DNA of 64,000 nucleotides from Botryllus schlosseri (Eukaryota): NCBI GenBank assembly GCA_051294905.1, contig CM119371.1, positions 16,122,001 to 16,186,000 of the forward strand, read 5' to 3'. Shown piece by piece: positions 12,241 to 24,886 of this stretch (position 1 is its first letter; each line of letters starts with the position of its first letter). The notes under the pieces were generated by a model. It saw only the letters and a program-made list of their open reading frames with translations, ran no database searches and was not told where the DNA came from. The position numbers and the translations under genes were made by a program.

Positions 12241-12675
12241 CAGGGTTGCATTTAAAACAAGCGGTGTTTTAAAACACTTTGTTTAAAACATGTTTTAAAC
12301 AGTGTTCTAAAAAAAGGCCTTCGAAACAAATTGTGTTTTTTTAAGTTGTAAAATTATGTCATAATTTTGTGAATACTTTCCAAAAAACATGTTGTATGAG
12401 CCTACGGACAATTATCGTCCGATTTAACAGACGTATTTCGATATGGGATGGTTGCAACACTCACAATAGTCGGTTCAACAGTTATAATACAGATATTTCG
12501 TCAAATGAGCTACACCTACCCTATATTTTCAATTGTCAATTTCAACCCATTTTGACGTCACAATTGAATATTCGTGACGTCATGGCTTGAAAAAACAATA
12601 AAAATATGTTTTTAATTAGGGCCTTGTTTTAAACATGTTTGTTTTTAATTGATTTTTATTTTAAATACAACCCTA
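12241..12675. mobile_element. hAT-type MITE (TAGGGTTGCATTTAAAAC family) nested in the end of another MITE
   Basis: TIRs CAGGGTTGCATTTAAA / TTTAAATACAACCCTA; flanks GTTGCCAT / GTTGTCAT (7/8); inverted homologue at 33152-33595. Confidence 0.85.
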
Positions 12676-14012
12676 GTTGTCATACGTCTGTAATTTCCTG
12701 GACATGTTCGGAATTTCCATGTTCAAGCTGCGTCCGGGAGAAATTTCTAAAATATGCCTAAGTGTCCGGAATTTTGAAGGTTTGAAATAGGATCAAAATG
12801 TTTTCGTAAATCAACAGAAACGATATTATTTTTGGGCAGATTTATGCCACATAAAAATTTTCTCCGCGCTGCGCGTGATTTGATGTCACATTCATGGATT
12901 TTAGTATATGTAAACCACTACTCTCGCAAAATATACAATCAAAAATTATTAAAAAATAACTATATCATTGACTGAAATAAGTCGAACGGTAATCGCAACT
13001 GTAGGAGAACGGTGTATTACTAGACTAAGGTAAGGCCGTTCAGATGCTTTAGTGAAAGATATTGGCTCTAAACCTGGTGGTCGTTTGTCTTTATTCGGGG
13101 GTTTGCAAAGATGTTGAACGTAATCAGCTTCCAAAATAGGCTGTGAGTAAGTCTGGGCAAATGTGCTGACCGCTTTTAAGTAATCAGCTTATCAAATTCT
13201 GAGGTGGATCACAAAATATTTTCAAATTAGAAAAGGAGTCGCGGCCATGAAGCTGCGTATCCGATACGTATATCTGTTTCTGACGGACCTGGCTACGACG
13301 TACCACGCGACATTGAACCAAATATAATTTCGAATGTACCTCAATTGTATGTGAATTAATTCCATAACACGCGCATACACATTCAATGCGATACGTGACT
13401 ATAACGGCGTGGCAGTTCTTATTGATTTTTCTCGAGAAGCATGATGTCTTGTCGGAATTTTCTTGGGAATTTTATAGTATCTTTAGATAATTCGTTTACA
13501 ATCCTTTCATCGGATTGCAACGTGGTGTAATGAATATCTTCCATTATATCTTTGAACAAGCTTATGGTACGTGGAGAAAAATTGAATTTATTCTGAATTT
13601 GGCTTGGCTACAAGGCATTATTTTGGTGTTCGTAAAATTGTATGGGCATGGGCATGTTTCCGATCACCAGCAGAAAGCAAGACAGATAACGTCCTTGCGT
13701 TTGACGATTGTCTGCATGAAGTCTTTCCCTTATTTCCAGAAGTCACCTTAAAAGGCTTAGAGTCGCGTCGAATGAATTTCCGCATCTCTTAATGATGACG
13801 CCGTTTCGTATGTGTGAATTCTACTGCGGTATGCGAAGTGCCCAGCATAAGTGTGAGCGTGGTCATGTTGATACCGCATTTGCCATAGTAAATCACCAAT
13901 CACCAATCACCGAACGAACGGTGCATTTTCGATAGACAAAGTTTAGCTAGATTCAACAACATGTTCACATACCTCAGTCAACAAATTCAGGAATGTGGAG
14001 TAAAGCACTCAC

Positions 14013-14098
14013 TCACCCAATGCCCCAATAAACGCACCGTCCCGAATAGCAAAAAATAAAGCGACTGGAGGGACAATCAGCGTCAGTGGAACATGGAG
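14013..14098 (-). CDS. Small secreted cysteine-rich peptide, exon 2 (mature four-Cys peptide)
   Basis: Follows 60-nt intron 14099-14158 (TTCTAG acceptor, phase matches); APCSTDADCPSSRFIFCYSGRCVYWGIG; ends at TGA (14015-14013) or splices at GG|GTGAGT to a possible exon 13823-13757. Confidence 0.65.
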
Positions 14099-14158
14099 CT
14101 AGAATCAGCAATATATTTCGACATCTGTAGCAAGATTTAAAAAAGATATAAGACTCAC

Positions 14159-14240
14159 CTCCTACACCTGCACCTGCATCATCTACGAAAAATAGCAGCC
14201 CGGTGATTATAGCTGCGAATGCAAGAAGTAGTTTCGTCAT
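14159..14240 (-). CDS. Small secreted cysteine-rich peptide, exon 1 (signal peptide)
   Basis: ATG at 14240; MTKLLLAFAAIITGLLFFVDDAGA-GVG has basic n-region, hydrophobic core and A-G-A cleavage site; donor G|GTGAGT; TATTTAT ~85 bp upstream. Confidence 0.7.
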
Positions 14241-15789
14241 AGTTGTGCTCTTGAGTTCGAATGCAACAACGCGTACTATGCTGTGTCTGAAATTTCTGAT
14301 GTCATTCATCCAATTTCTGATCGCTCATAAATAGGAATTCTGATGTCGTGTCATCAGATCTCTTTAACGACATCGGTGGTACCGATTCCGTGCCTATTTG
14401 TTGTCCTCTTGACAGTGTCTACTATCTTATCTAATACACGAAAGACCCGCGCATTAATGTGATGTCGCGTTTCAAGTATTGACAGATGCCACGTATGATA
14501 TCGTCGATTGATATGATGTTTTGGGTTTAATTTTAGCACGATGTCGTATTCAGATGAGTCCAAAAATGAGTCAACGAAAATTCTAGGATCGCTACAGAAC
14601 AAATGCATGACAAAAATATCGCCACGGAAGAGTCAAGTGCCAGGGGCAATGACTGGCGTGATGCTGAATTCAAGCCGTAAATTGTCTAAGCGGCTGGCGT
14701 ATTTATATTGGAACAAGTAATACTATTTCGGCATCGTCGATCCCATTTGAACAATGGAACTATTTCGTTAGGAAATATTGACTTGTTACGTGTTTGGGAT
14801 TTAAAGCATAGCATTCATATCCATTCTCAGCGTCTGAATAAGTTACCAATGAATCACGAATTCGTCGAGGTGAAGAACACAATGAGATAAGATGGCGCAT
14901 TACGGCGATATTGAAATTATCGGCAGTGTCTCAATGGTCATATGTGCTATCGCTTGTGAAATGATGCAATAGTAGTTTTGATACATTGTTGGGAAGGATA
15001 CATATCGCCCACAACACTAAATGTGTTTACTGCCCAGGAATGGTAAATATTTGCAGTTACAAAGCATATAATTAATTAGAGATCATTGATGGGACTTATA
15101 TTCAACCAATTCAATACGCTCCTGCTCCTAAATATCTGACGAATATCTGCACTGCCAGCGTATAATTCATGGCTGTGAACAGTACATGGATACAAAGATA
15201 CATTCTGTTGTGGCGGTTTTCAATAATGAATACTCAGACAACCAGCAAGTATCCCGTGGCGCTAGAAAGAGAGCACATGCCTCTAACACAGCTGTCTCTG
15301 GATGTTGCTCTAGATAAAGTTGACGCAATGGCGTGGCTGCCAACGAATATACGATCAGTCTTAGAGAAAATTGACGGGTACCATATTTCCTGCCGGTTGA
15401 TGCCGACGGATCTGTCTCTACTTTTCGATCAATTGTAATTCCAGTAAAAATTGGGACGTTATTTCCGCTCTCCCTGCAAGTCACGGCATGGGAATCGGTT
15501 TGCATTCCTAAAAATCGTCAGAAAACCCATAGGCCCGTTTAATATTCTGTCTTCTTCGGATTTCGTATTCGTTAAAATCTGCTATGCTGTCGCAAATGTC
15601 GCACTCAACAGCAACTTGACTTCTCCTAGCTTCACAGCTTGTTCATGGGTCAGATTAATGTAATGGATTTGATGGGAATAATGTAACCCTAGTTGAATCA
15701 CTGAAAACCGCCACATCACAGTCATTCGAAATTTCAGTATATTTTCAACTAGAAAATTGCGGTATCAGGTCTTAAACTGGTTGTAGCCT

Positions 15790-15860
15790 ACTGCATCGAT
15801 GTGTATTCTTCTGGCAGGTTATTCCAAACCTTGGCACCCTTGAAGCTGGAACTGTTTTGT
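15790..15860 (-). pseudogene. Short remnant of a CR1/L2-group LINE ORF2 C-terminus
   Basis: Minus-strand translation SSSFKGAKVWNNLPEE resembles the F.Y.G.KLWN.LP motif near the end of CR1/L2-group ORF2. Confidence 0.4.
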
Positions 15861-15928
15861 CACAATTTATTAGAAAATATAAGTAGGCCTTAATGTTGTA
15901 TTTCCTTGGCACCTATAGACCTAGTGCC

Positions 15929-16345
15929 TAGGGTTAGCATATTTCGGAATCGGGAAAGAAGAACACGTTTTCAAAATTTTCAAACTTGAACTATTTGAGG
16001 AAAATCTTGAAAAATTGGTAAATTTTTCCCACTTCGTGGTCGGCTGATTAAAAAAAAAGGTGTACTTTCTAGTTCAGTGCCCAAAATACAGTTTCTTTTT
16101 CACATTATCAGGTGGTTGACTAAAAAAAAATCAACTTTCCGACTCAGCTCCCAAATAGCCGCCGGAGCGTTACTTCAGTGCTGATTTACTGTATCTCAGT
16201 TTAATCTACCCTACCATTAACACAAATTCTCAGAAGAGAGGACAAAATCTCAAAAAGGAGGACATTTAGGCGTCCTTGGAGGACTTTTTCAAAAACCTGA
16301 AATAGGAGGATAAATCCGCCTAAAGGAGGACGTATGGTAACCCTA
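15929..16345. mobile_element. hAT-type MITE (TAGGGTTACCATA family)
   Basis: TIRs TAGGGTTAGCATA / TATGGTAACCCTA, GGAGGAC subterminal repeats, perfect 8-bp TSD CTAGTGCC. Confidence 0.9.
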
Positions 16346-17154
16346 CTAGTGCCATGCGAACCGAAGAAAATTTATGGAAATAGTTCTTGAAAACTGTCAC
16401 TCCAAACAAATAACGACACTGGTTATTCAGCACGTTTCGTATTGCTTGCGCACGATATGCATCATTCCCTACGAAGGATCGAAACTACTACTGCAACATT
16501 CCACAAAGTATTGTCCATTGCCCATATTACCATTGATGTAATATCGAGCATTTCAATGCTGCCCAAATTGTAGAATTGTGGTTAGTTTGATTATTGTTAG
16601 TGCTCGGCACGGGTTTCTCGAGATCAGTGGTTCTTAACCTTGGCTACGACGCGCCTCCAGAGGGCGATTTGGATTTTGAAGATGGATAAAATACTCAGGG
16701 TGATATTGAGGACGCTAGGATGCTATGGAATCGCTGAAGATAAATGGCGTACCAGTAGATGGTGTGGATAAGCGGTTCACAAATGTTTTTCGGCACGCTC
16801 CCTTGATGACACTGAAAAATTACGCGCACCCTTATCTACATACCGAAAAGTAATAAAATAGCAACCAGAATGTTTGCAATCCCAACTCATAGATTGAAGG
16901 CCTGGACGGTTATCACTGTTGAGCTGGAAGCAAACCGCGCGGAGCGCGGACAAAGATTCAGTTGGATATTTTGTCAGAAATAATCATGTGCAATGGCAGT
17001 ACGCAGTGGTAACATATACAATATACATATATATATATATTAACGATTTCTTTATTTTCTGACTTGGGCATGGGTCAAACTTACCGGACCATGACCTAAA
17101 TCAAAAACGCCAATTAAACGTAGCACACCGGACAAACAATCATTGTCTTCAGTT

Positions 17155-17496
17155 CAATCAATCAATCGACAGATTATATTTTCCTCTGCCCAAGACGCAC
17201 ACACAATGTACACTGCGACATACAACACGCACACAATGCGATGTAGGCTAATGTACAGATAGGAGGATGCCGAACGACCAACAAGTTGGGGTCTCTTGAA
17301 CTGGCATCCACCACGACCTAGTGCCCGATGCTACAGTTTTCTTCGGTGTTATTCTTTCTTAGTCGGTCCTTCTTAGAAGCTATTTCTTGCTCTTTTTCTT
17401 TCTTGAGTCTTTTTCTGGGCTTTTCATGTCGCCGTAAGAACAACGACGCGGGGTAAGAGGAGCACGGAGTAACCTCCGACGGCGGGAATTGAACCG
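17155..17496 (-). mobile_element. SINE-like element, family C (partial shared core, (GATT)n tail), 5'-truncated
   Basis: B box GGTTCAATTCC, GTCGGAGGTTACTCCGTGCTCCTC...GAAAAGCCCAG similar to family A core; tail GTGTCTTGGGCAGA...(GATT)n recurs at ~48865-48955. Confidence 0.55.
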
Positions 17497-17711
17497 TTTT
17501 TGTGATTTTTATTCAAGTATGTACATAAAGCAGCAATAAATTCATTAATGCAATTCTTCCAGTTTGGTTCGTCCCTATCATCGGGTCATCTCATCGCAGT
17601 CGTTGTCGAGTGTGTAGTTGAAGTAGTAGTAGAAGACGCCGCTAGTTGGCGCTCTTATGCGTATATTGTTCATATTACGTTTTTTGTAGTCGTAATTTTA
17701 TCGTTTATGAT

Positions 17712-17976
17712 GAAAGGAAAGGACATCGTTTATACACCGACTCATGATACACATACACACGATCTGCGCATATGCATACCATGAGTGGATGATGTGCATA
17801 TGCCGCTGGACAAGGAAGTGCAGATATAGCCTTTACGGCTTTCTAAGTCATGCACCACCCCTCCATGCTATCCCAGTAATGCATGAGCGCCAAGCAGGTC
17901 TGACCCGGCCGGGAATCGAACCCACGACCTACCGATCAAGAAGCCGGACGCTTAACCATTACGCTATCTTGTCGGT
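17712..17976 (-). mobile_element. tRNA-derived SINE, family D (internally deleted copy)
   Basis: Reverse-complement match to 45363-45660 including A/B boxes and GTCCTTTCC tail. Confidence 0.8.
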
Positions 17977-18054
17977 TCATGATTGGTGGATGGTTAGGGT
18001 GGTTGTGTCGGGCCGCCTGCTTGGATGGCGCCGACGCTCACCAGTACACTTTTG

Positions 18055-19110
18055 CCCCCAAGAAGTGTGCCAGAACGATCGGCCGCGCGAAAGCCTTGGT
18101 CGAAAAGGACTGCCCTTACACTGATCGAAAACTTCGTCATATATACAAAATACCTATAGGTGTAATTGTCAATAGGCGCCTAAATGACTGGCGCCGAATG
18201 TTTCTGTCTTGGCAATCCGAACCTCAGAAGGCGAATACCATCCCACAGGGAAAAATCATATGCCAGTGAAGAAATACCAATTCGAAATCGTGTGCGTCTT
18301 TTAGTTTTCAGTACGTTTGGCCGATTCTATATTTTTTGCTATAGCAGACAGGAGATCACGAAATAACATCATGTAACGAAGTCATACCAACGGGTCCGCC
18401 CGCCCGAAGATGTTTAACTATTATTTACGGGCCCTACAGTATCCAAGACACCTCACTCAGCTCTACCGGTAAATCTGATAACGTGAGCAAAGAGGACAAG
18501 AAATTGATGGCAATATATATGCAATTCCCGATGTTATTGATCGATTTTATCATGAATTATCGAACATTTCCGCACTTAGCGCAGGCTCACTAAACAGTAC
18601 ACCAAATTCCGTGGCAAAAGCGAACAACATGATGGGGGGGGGAGTCGGTTTAGCCCTCTACGGGAGCACAAAACCCAAGTTTTCTGGGGGCCTGACGAAG
18701 TGCTGTTTCGTCCTGCCAACGGGTATACGCCCGAAGATGTTTAATTATTATTGAGGGGTCTACCTTTTCAAATACACCTCACTCAGCTCTACCGGTAAAT
18801 CTCCTTACGTGAGCAGAGAGGGGATAAAAATTAATAGCAATATATATGCATTGATTGATGATACTGACCGATTCAATCATGAATTCTTGAAATTTTTCGC
18901 GCTTGGCGCGTCTAGGTCTGAATAGCTGGCTCAATAAACGGACACCTAATGTCGATGACCAGTAGCGGTAAAGAGTGAATAGCCAAAGGGGGGTTTGGGT
19001 GACTTCGTCCCCCATAAGTCCGGTTTATCACCCTATGGGGGGGGCAAGACCAAGGATTTTTTGGGGGGCTGATGAAGTGCAGTTACGGCCCTGCCCGCAG
19101 GTATTCGTCA
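18055..19110 (+). repeat. Unclassified ~1 kb dispersed repeat with internal ~320-bp tandem duplication, copy 2
   Basis: Collinear with 7195-8040; subunits at ~18400-18720 and ~18725-19090. Confidence 0.8.
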
Positions 19111-19362
19111 AGAGAATAATTCAATTAATTACTTTCTGGCTGCCATAAAATGAGCTTCTTTAAGGTGGCATATTCTACAAAAGGAATCCTGATTGAGTAT
19201 CAGCGAGACTACTTCGACTTTGTAAAAGCCACTTCGATTTATTCAAGTCCTTGCTTCTTAGATAAAAAAAAAACTATATATACACAGGGCATAGGACATG
19301 AATTTTTGAACAGAAGCTTGGCGGAATTACCATTAAAGCATCAGCTAACATCTATACACGCA

Positions 19363-20712
19363 CGCTTTACGCTTGTGTTGCGGAGCAATGCGGAGTACAC
19401 CCATATGTGCTTTGCAAGCCGCATGTAACGAGCCGCCTCTCTACATTCGACACAAATATTTGTGTATGAATTATCGGTGCCACTTGCTTGGTCAGGAATA
19501 CAACCAACACCCATCAACTGAACTACTAACTGATACATGGCATGAAATTTACTCCTTGATAAGACCAAACTTCAAGACGTTCAATACCCTGTCAAAAGCC
19601 CATATTCTGGAACGGTTGGTGGTGGAAAAATAACGAATTCAGTGCGTGGCACCCTGGACAGTTCCACACCCCCCACGGTCGACAGATCATTACTTGGGCT
19701 TATACGAAAGGGGGACTCGCCGATCTCAGTGAACTCGTGTTTCAGAGATTACCTTTTCGAGTGCCACGACCAAGCCGTCGAGATCTACACAGACGGTTCT
19801 AAGACGGATACAGCAACGGCTTTCGCGATTTACATACCATCTCAGTCAGTCCGACTTAGCCAGATCTGCCCGAGTTTATTTTCCGTTTTCCAAGTGGAGA
19901 TGCTAGCTATCGCTAATGCCCTATCGTGGATAATCAATCATGGCAGACGAACCGATAAATATGTTATTCTGACAGATTGTGATTAGTGTTCTGAACACAA
20001 TCGCCACCCCGAACCGCACACCGAGCAGATCTTTCAATAAAATTTTTCGTCTCTTCCTGCAGATGGTAGGGATGGGGATGGACGTTGCCTTCTCCTGGGT
20101 TCCAGGACATAGTGGCATTCCCGGCAATGAGGTTGCAGATGAACTTGCACGTTCCACCGCCTCTTTCGCATTTGACAGTCAGGGCATACCTCAAATTACC
20201 TACAGAGATGTCAAGAACGAAGTACCGCTCAACAGAGACGGGAAACCACTACAAACGTTTCCACCAAACGGTACAAACAACGTTTCCGTCGATGCACAGA
20301 TCGCGTTTGTATGAAACGATAATATTCCGTCTCCGGTCCGGCCATTGTCGCCTAAAAGGGCATTTATTTAAAATAGGCTGCATCGACACGCCCTTGTGTG
20401 ACTTATGCCTCGTACCGGAGAATGTGGATCACTTCCTCCTCGTATGCCCAAAATACGATTGGCACCGAGCATACTTGATTGATTTCTGCTTGAACTTGAA
20501 AGTTGAGTTCACTACATATAACCTTCTCGTACGACCAGAACTTCTCTCGCCTCTCGTCGAGTTCGTCGTGGCCAGCAATGTTTTGATTTGAACAAATTTT
20601 CTTCAAGTTACACGATTTGCGACAGGTAATACGACATTTCTGTCGTGGCGCAACAGACCGATAAGGTGACAAGCGCCACAATGTCCCTTTTTCAAAATTA
20701 ATAATAATAATA
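19363..20712 (+). mobile_element. Decayed 5'-truncated I-group LINE (end of RT region, RNase H, zinc motif, 3' UTR)
   Basis: Frameshifted fragments CCGAMRSTPIC, EIYTDGSKT, WVPGHSGIPGNEVAD, RLRSGHCRL...CDLCLVPENVDHFLLVC homologous to ORF2 at 796-4527; hairpin GTGGCGC...GCGCCAC 20645-20679; (TAA)n tail; candidate TSD ATACACGCA at 19354-19362 and 20713-20721. Confidence 0.9.
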
Positions 20713-20794
20713 ATACACGCATTCACCAGCTAATCCTAATTCAGAGATATCTTCCGATCGATTCAAGTTCCGGTATTAGTCATACAATCTATAG

Positions 20795-21943
20795 CAGAGG
20801 TCTCAAACTCAAATTTGCTCACGGGCCAGTTTTCCAGTTTTGACGACGCCGCGGGCCGCAGCATTTATATGGGTATTCTATGTCTTTCCAAGTAGGCCTT
20901 ATTTGGCGGGAATGAATTTTCCTATTGAAAGTGAGCCGATCCAGCAGACTGATTTACTCTTGTATTAATTTAGGCCTGGCATGAAAAGAATCATTACATT
21001 TATAACTATTTGAATAGAATTGTTGTTGTACTTGATATAGCCTATATTAATCCTAAGATGTAGACACCATATGGGCGGACAAGTGTATGATGCCATGCCA
21101 TCATAAAAGCTATCGGGTTATAATTTTGCAGCTACTATTGAAAAATTTGAATATCAGATTGATAATAGAGACTGATCTGATATCAAAACATTTTAGGTTG
21201 AGCTGTAATTTCAATCCAAGATTCGGGTATACTTCTGATAAGTGGGCTATTAATCTCATGGCCAAATATCTTCAAATATAGGAGCAGAAAAAATATAAAA
21301 TATAAAAATAAATATATTAATGTCGGAACGCCGAACGCCCCATTGTTGTTACATCGTTGGAGCGTAGGCAACCACTACAGTACTCGGTACCTTTAAGTGA
21401 CCTTAATAACATGGTTTAGCGACCAAAGATGTAACTAACAGATGGTCAATGGCTGCCTGCCATAACTACATGCTTAGTTAGCGAATTACCAATCTGCCAC
21501 CTTCTGATCTATTACTATTCTCCTGATACGCGATTAGTTTGTTGCGTCCATGGTTCTAACAAATTCACGGCATTCCGAGTCACTCCGAGTCCACTCGAGT
21601 CATTTTCATTTTGCGAGCGAGTTAGCCCGAGTCTGAGTAATTCTAAGAAAGGTCGCGTCCAAGTCCAACTCACAAATTTCAGTCACGCATCGTCTAAGGG
21701 TCAGGTTTTGTCATCATGAATTGGAAATGTGGCGAAATAGTGAATCCTTCACTGCATATGGTAGTGTTTGCAATTGATGCGATAGTGAAGTTTGCTGAAT
21801 AGTTTCAGGCTTTCGGATAAATTTAAGAGGGAATTTTCACTTTATAACCTGAAAAGATTTATGTGACACTTATTAATAAAAATCTAAAATGTCGTCGCGG
21901 GCCGCACAAAATGCGCTGGCGGGCCGCGTGTTTGAGACCTCTG
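20795..21943. mobile_element. Non-autonomous hAT (Charlie/Buster-type) element
   Basis: TIRs CAGAGGTCTCAAAC / GTTTGAGACCTCTG, GCGGGCCG subterminal motifs, perfect 8-bp TSD ATCTATAG. Confidence 0.9.
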
Positions 21944-22085
21944 ATCTATAGCAACAGTGTAAGTGTGTATGGATAGTACGAAGCTTCTATGACGTTTAAA
22001 TGGCATTATTATTAAGATTATTGCCGTTGTTGAAACGCCCAGCAGTTTGAGAACGACTGGTGAAGATTGTAGATTGTCCATAACA

Positions 22086-22360
22086 TAGGGTTACCGTATC
22101 TTGGAAATGTGAAAAGACGACGCTTTTTCAAAATTTTCAGACTGACAATACTGGAGTAACATCCGGAACAAACGGTAAATTTTTCCCGACTTTGTTGTTG
22201 GTTGACTAAAAATAAAACTTTCCGGCTCAACTCCCCGAAATACCCGCCGCAACATTACTTGTGTACTAATTTGCTATATCTCAGTCAAATTTTAACATAT
22301 GTAACCAAAATTCTCAAAAAAGAGGACAAATCCTCATAGAAGAGGACGTATGTAACCCTA
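22086..22360. mobile_element. hAT-type MITE (TAGGGTTACC family, related to 15929-16345)
   Basis: TAGGGTTAC / GTAACCCTA termini and shared internal sequence; flanks CCATAACA / TCACAACA (6/8). Confidence 0.75.
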
Positions 22361-24823
22361 TCACAACAATACCTGTATCCGACGCTCCTGCTGTTTAATA
22401 CCTTGTCCGCTGCGGCGCTGCATATAGGCTATACCATACCTTATAGATATACCAAAGCAAATAAACTTCCGCATGTATTGAAACATCCCTTTACACTATA
22501 CTACGTAAATTATGAACAAAGCACTAATCAGTAATATAAAAAATCATAGCAAGGACACTATCGATTGCAGAAAATTCAATAAACACAAAACATATTTGCA
22601 CGTACAGACATACCCAATTGGTCATTCGCAATAACATAAACTAATAATCTCATACGTAGGTACAACGCTATGGATTATTTTACGCATTTTCGTCGATGTG
22701 GTCTCAAGTAGTATTACACGAAGACTGATTCAAAGTTCGGAATTTCAATATCACAAAATATCAACATGGACTTGCAGCATATCCAGATCACCTTCTGCAG
22801 TAGATCTTGGGATTCAACTACTGTAGTTTACGCTGTACATTCCACCCATCTACTAGTTTTTGTCAGGGGCCAGAGTCAGGTGTTTAAATCGACTGTGCAA
22901 TGGATAATAAATAGGATTTGTATCAAATCTCGATACAAAACTGTTTGTATACATGTCTTTTGCGGTACGTCACACAGGAATGTACAAATTGTACAGGAAA
23001 ATAAAACTTATTTCGCAAACATTGCAGCTCTAATATTAGCAATAAAGACAAATGCCACATACTGTAATATCACGGGCACGTCTTACTTATACGAAGGGAC
23101 ATACACGAGAAATTTGCTTGTTGCAACAGCGTTAACGATTGATGAGATTGATCTTGTAAATTTCATATTAGATTAGCTGATACATTTAATTCAATGGGCA
23201 TACGATGGTATCAAATCATCATCTGACTATACGGGCTGTTGATGGTCCTTGATTTCTAGATCCATAGGCACAAAAACGTTGCTTTGAACTCAAGTTTAAA
23301 CGTAGTTTGAAAACGGATTTTGAATTATGGTTCAAAAGTAGGTTTGTGTTCATATCAAGTCAGTGTGTACGGCCTGCAATACCCATATCTATGTCCCATT
23401 CCACGAACTATTTCAATTTATAATCCCTTCTATCTATTACGCATAACAGACATGATTGCCGGTCTCTGTGTCATCTGATAGCAAATACTTTTCTGTTTGT
23501 ATAGTTTTAGAAGTGGGTCGTTAACTGATCACTATTTATAGTAATGAAGCTCTAATTATCGAAGAAATCATACCGGAAGCAAATTACGCAGATAGTATGG
23601 GAGCCACGAAGCGAGGACTTCAGATTCAAGCAGAGTCGCTTCATCAGTTGAACAAACGGGCTCGTATAAAATGGTCTGCGCTTCAAGTCAAGCGCGAAGC
23701 AGGCGGCAACGTATTATCAGCAAGGAAAAATGTAAAATTGAATACAATGTAAAAATGTAAAAAGATTGAAAAATAATTGATCGATTCCGGAGTATTTACA
23801 TCCCGCCGCCACCGAAGGCCGGGTTTTCGAAGGTCGCCGACGGGTTGACGAATACCGGGTTAATGTCCTGCGAAATGAAAAGACCCAAGTCAAATAATGA
23901 AACAGTAGCTCTCCCATGCTCCAAAGTATATGATAACAACATGCCGATCGTTTCGGGATATCAACCCCGCTTCGAATTTTACACAATACTCAACAGTACA
24001 ACACCAAATCAAAACAACTGCAAGCCGTTTCTCAGGCATGCGGATTGCAGTAATATCACAAGACACCGGCTAATCAAAGCAACATCGAAAACCAAGCCGT
24101 ATCGAACGCGTTTCCTCGAATCGAACCAGGCCATGGCGACAATGAAAAATGAATGTGATACAGAACACCTGTATAGTGCGAAACGAGCCAAGCTTGGCGT
24201 AAAGACATTTTCCATTCTCGTGCTTACGGGAATAAAGTCCGATTTGCTATGAACTGAAATTGGATTTTGCTGTATTTCTCTCTAATATTATTTCATTTCA
24301 AGTTTTGTTCGAATTCAAGAATTCAAATTCTCTAAATTTCGTAAAAGCTCTACGAAATGTACTCGTTGGAACGCTTACCGGTAATGGAATATTCTTAGGC
24401 TTCCTACGTCCATTATACGTTTTCAAATATCTTTAAAATAGATACTTTTGTTGTAACTGAGTAGAAAGTTACGGCCTTACTGCGACTTCTGCTTGATTAC
24501 CAACAGTGAGCACATTTTCAACCTCAGCGTGTAAGACACGCCTTCCTACGTATCGCATTTTGATTACCACAGGCCAATGATAGCTCAGCTTATCAATTGC
24601 AGTAAGCCGATGAACAGATATCAGCAAGGGTTCGTGTTCGAGGAAACGCGGCATTCTAGATTCCAGAACAGACGCACGCAACATCTACCACCACAACACA
24701 TAGGGTAAAAATCATATGGCAAGCAACATCCACCACTCCATTCCCGGGCTACTTGCTGCCATCGTCTTTGTCTATACCTTGAAACTAGAGGCTTCGTCGT
24801 TACGGTAGCGCTTAACTACGGTG

Positions 24824-24886
24824 CTAACCTTGATACGTCGGATTCTGGAATTTCGTCATTGGCTTCTGGAAGATCGGATTCTGGCC
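24824..24886 (-). CDS. ITGB: Integrin beta last coding exon (cytoplasmic NPxF/NPxY)
   Basis: [20 protein letters not shown] after CTACAG acceptor. Confidence 0.93.
   Translation of the reverse strand, partial: GQNPIFQKPMTKFQNPTYQG

Noticed and set aside
14013..14309. 98-aa unspliced ORF as the true product
   Set aside because: It reads through a 60-nt in-frame intron with strong splice signals; the signal peptide starts at the ATG at 14240
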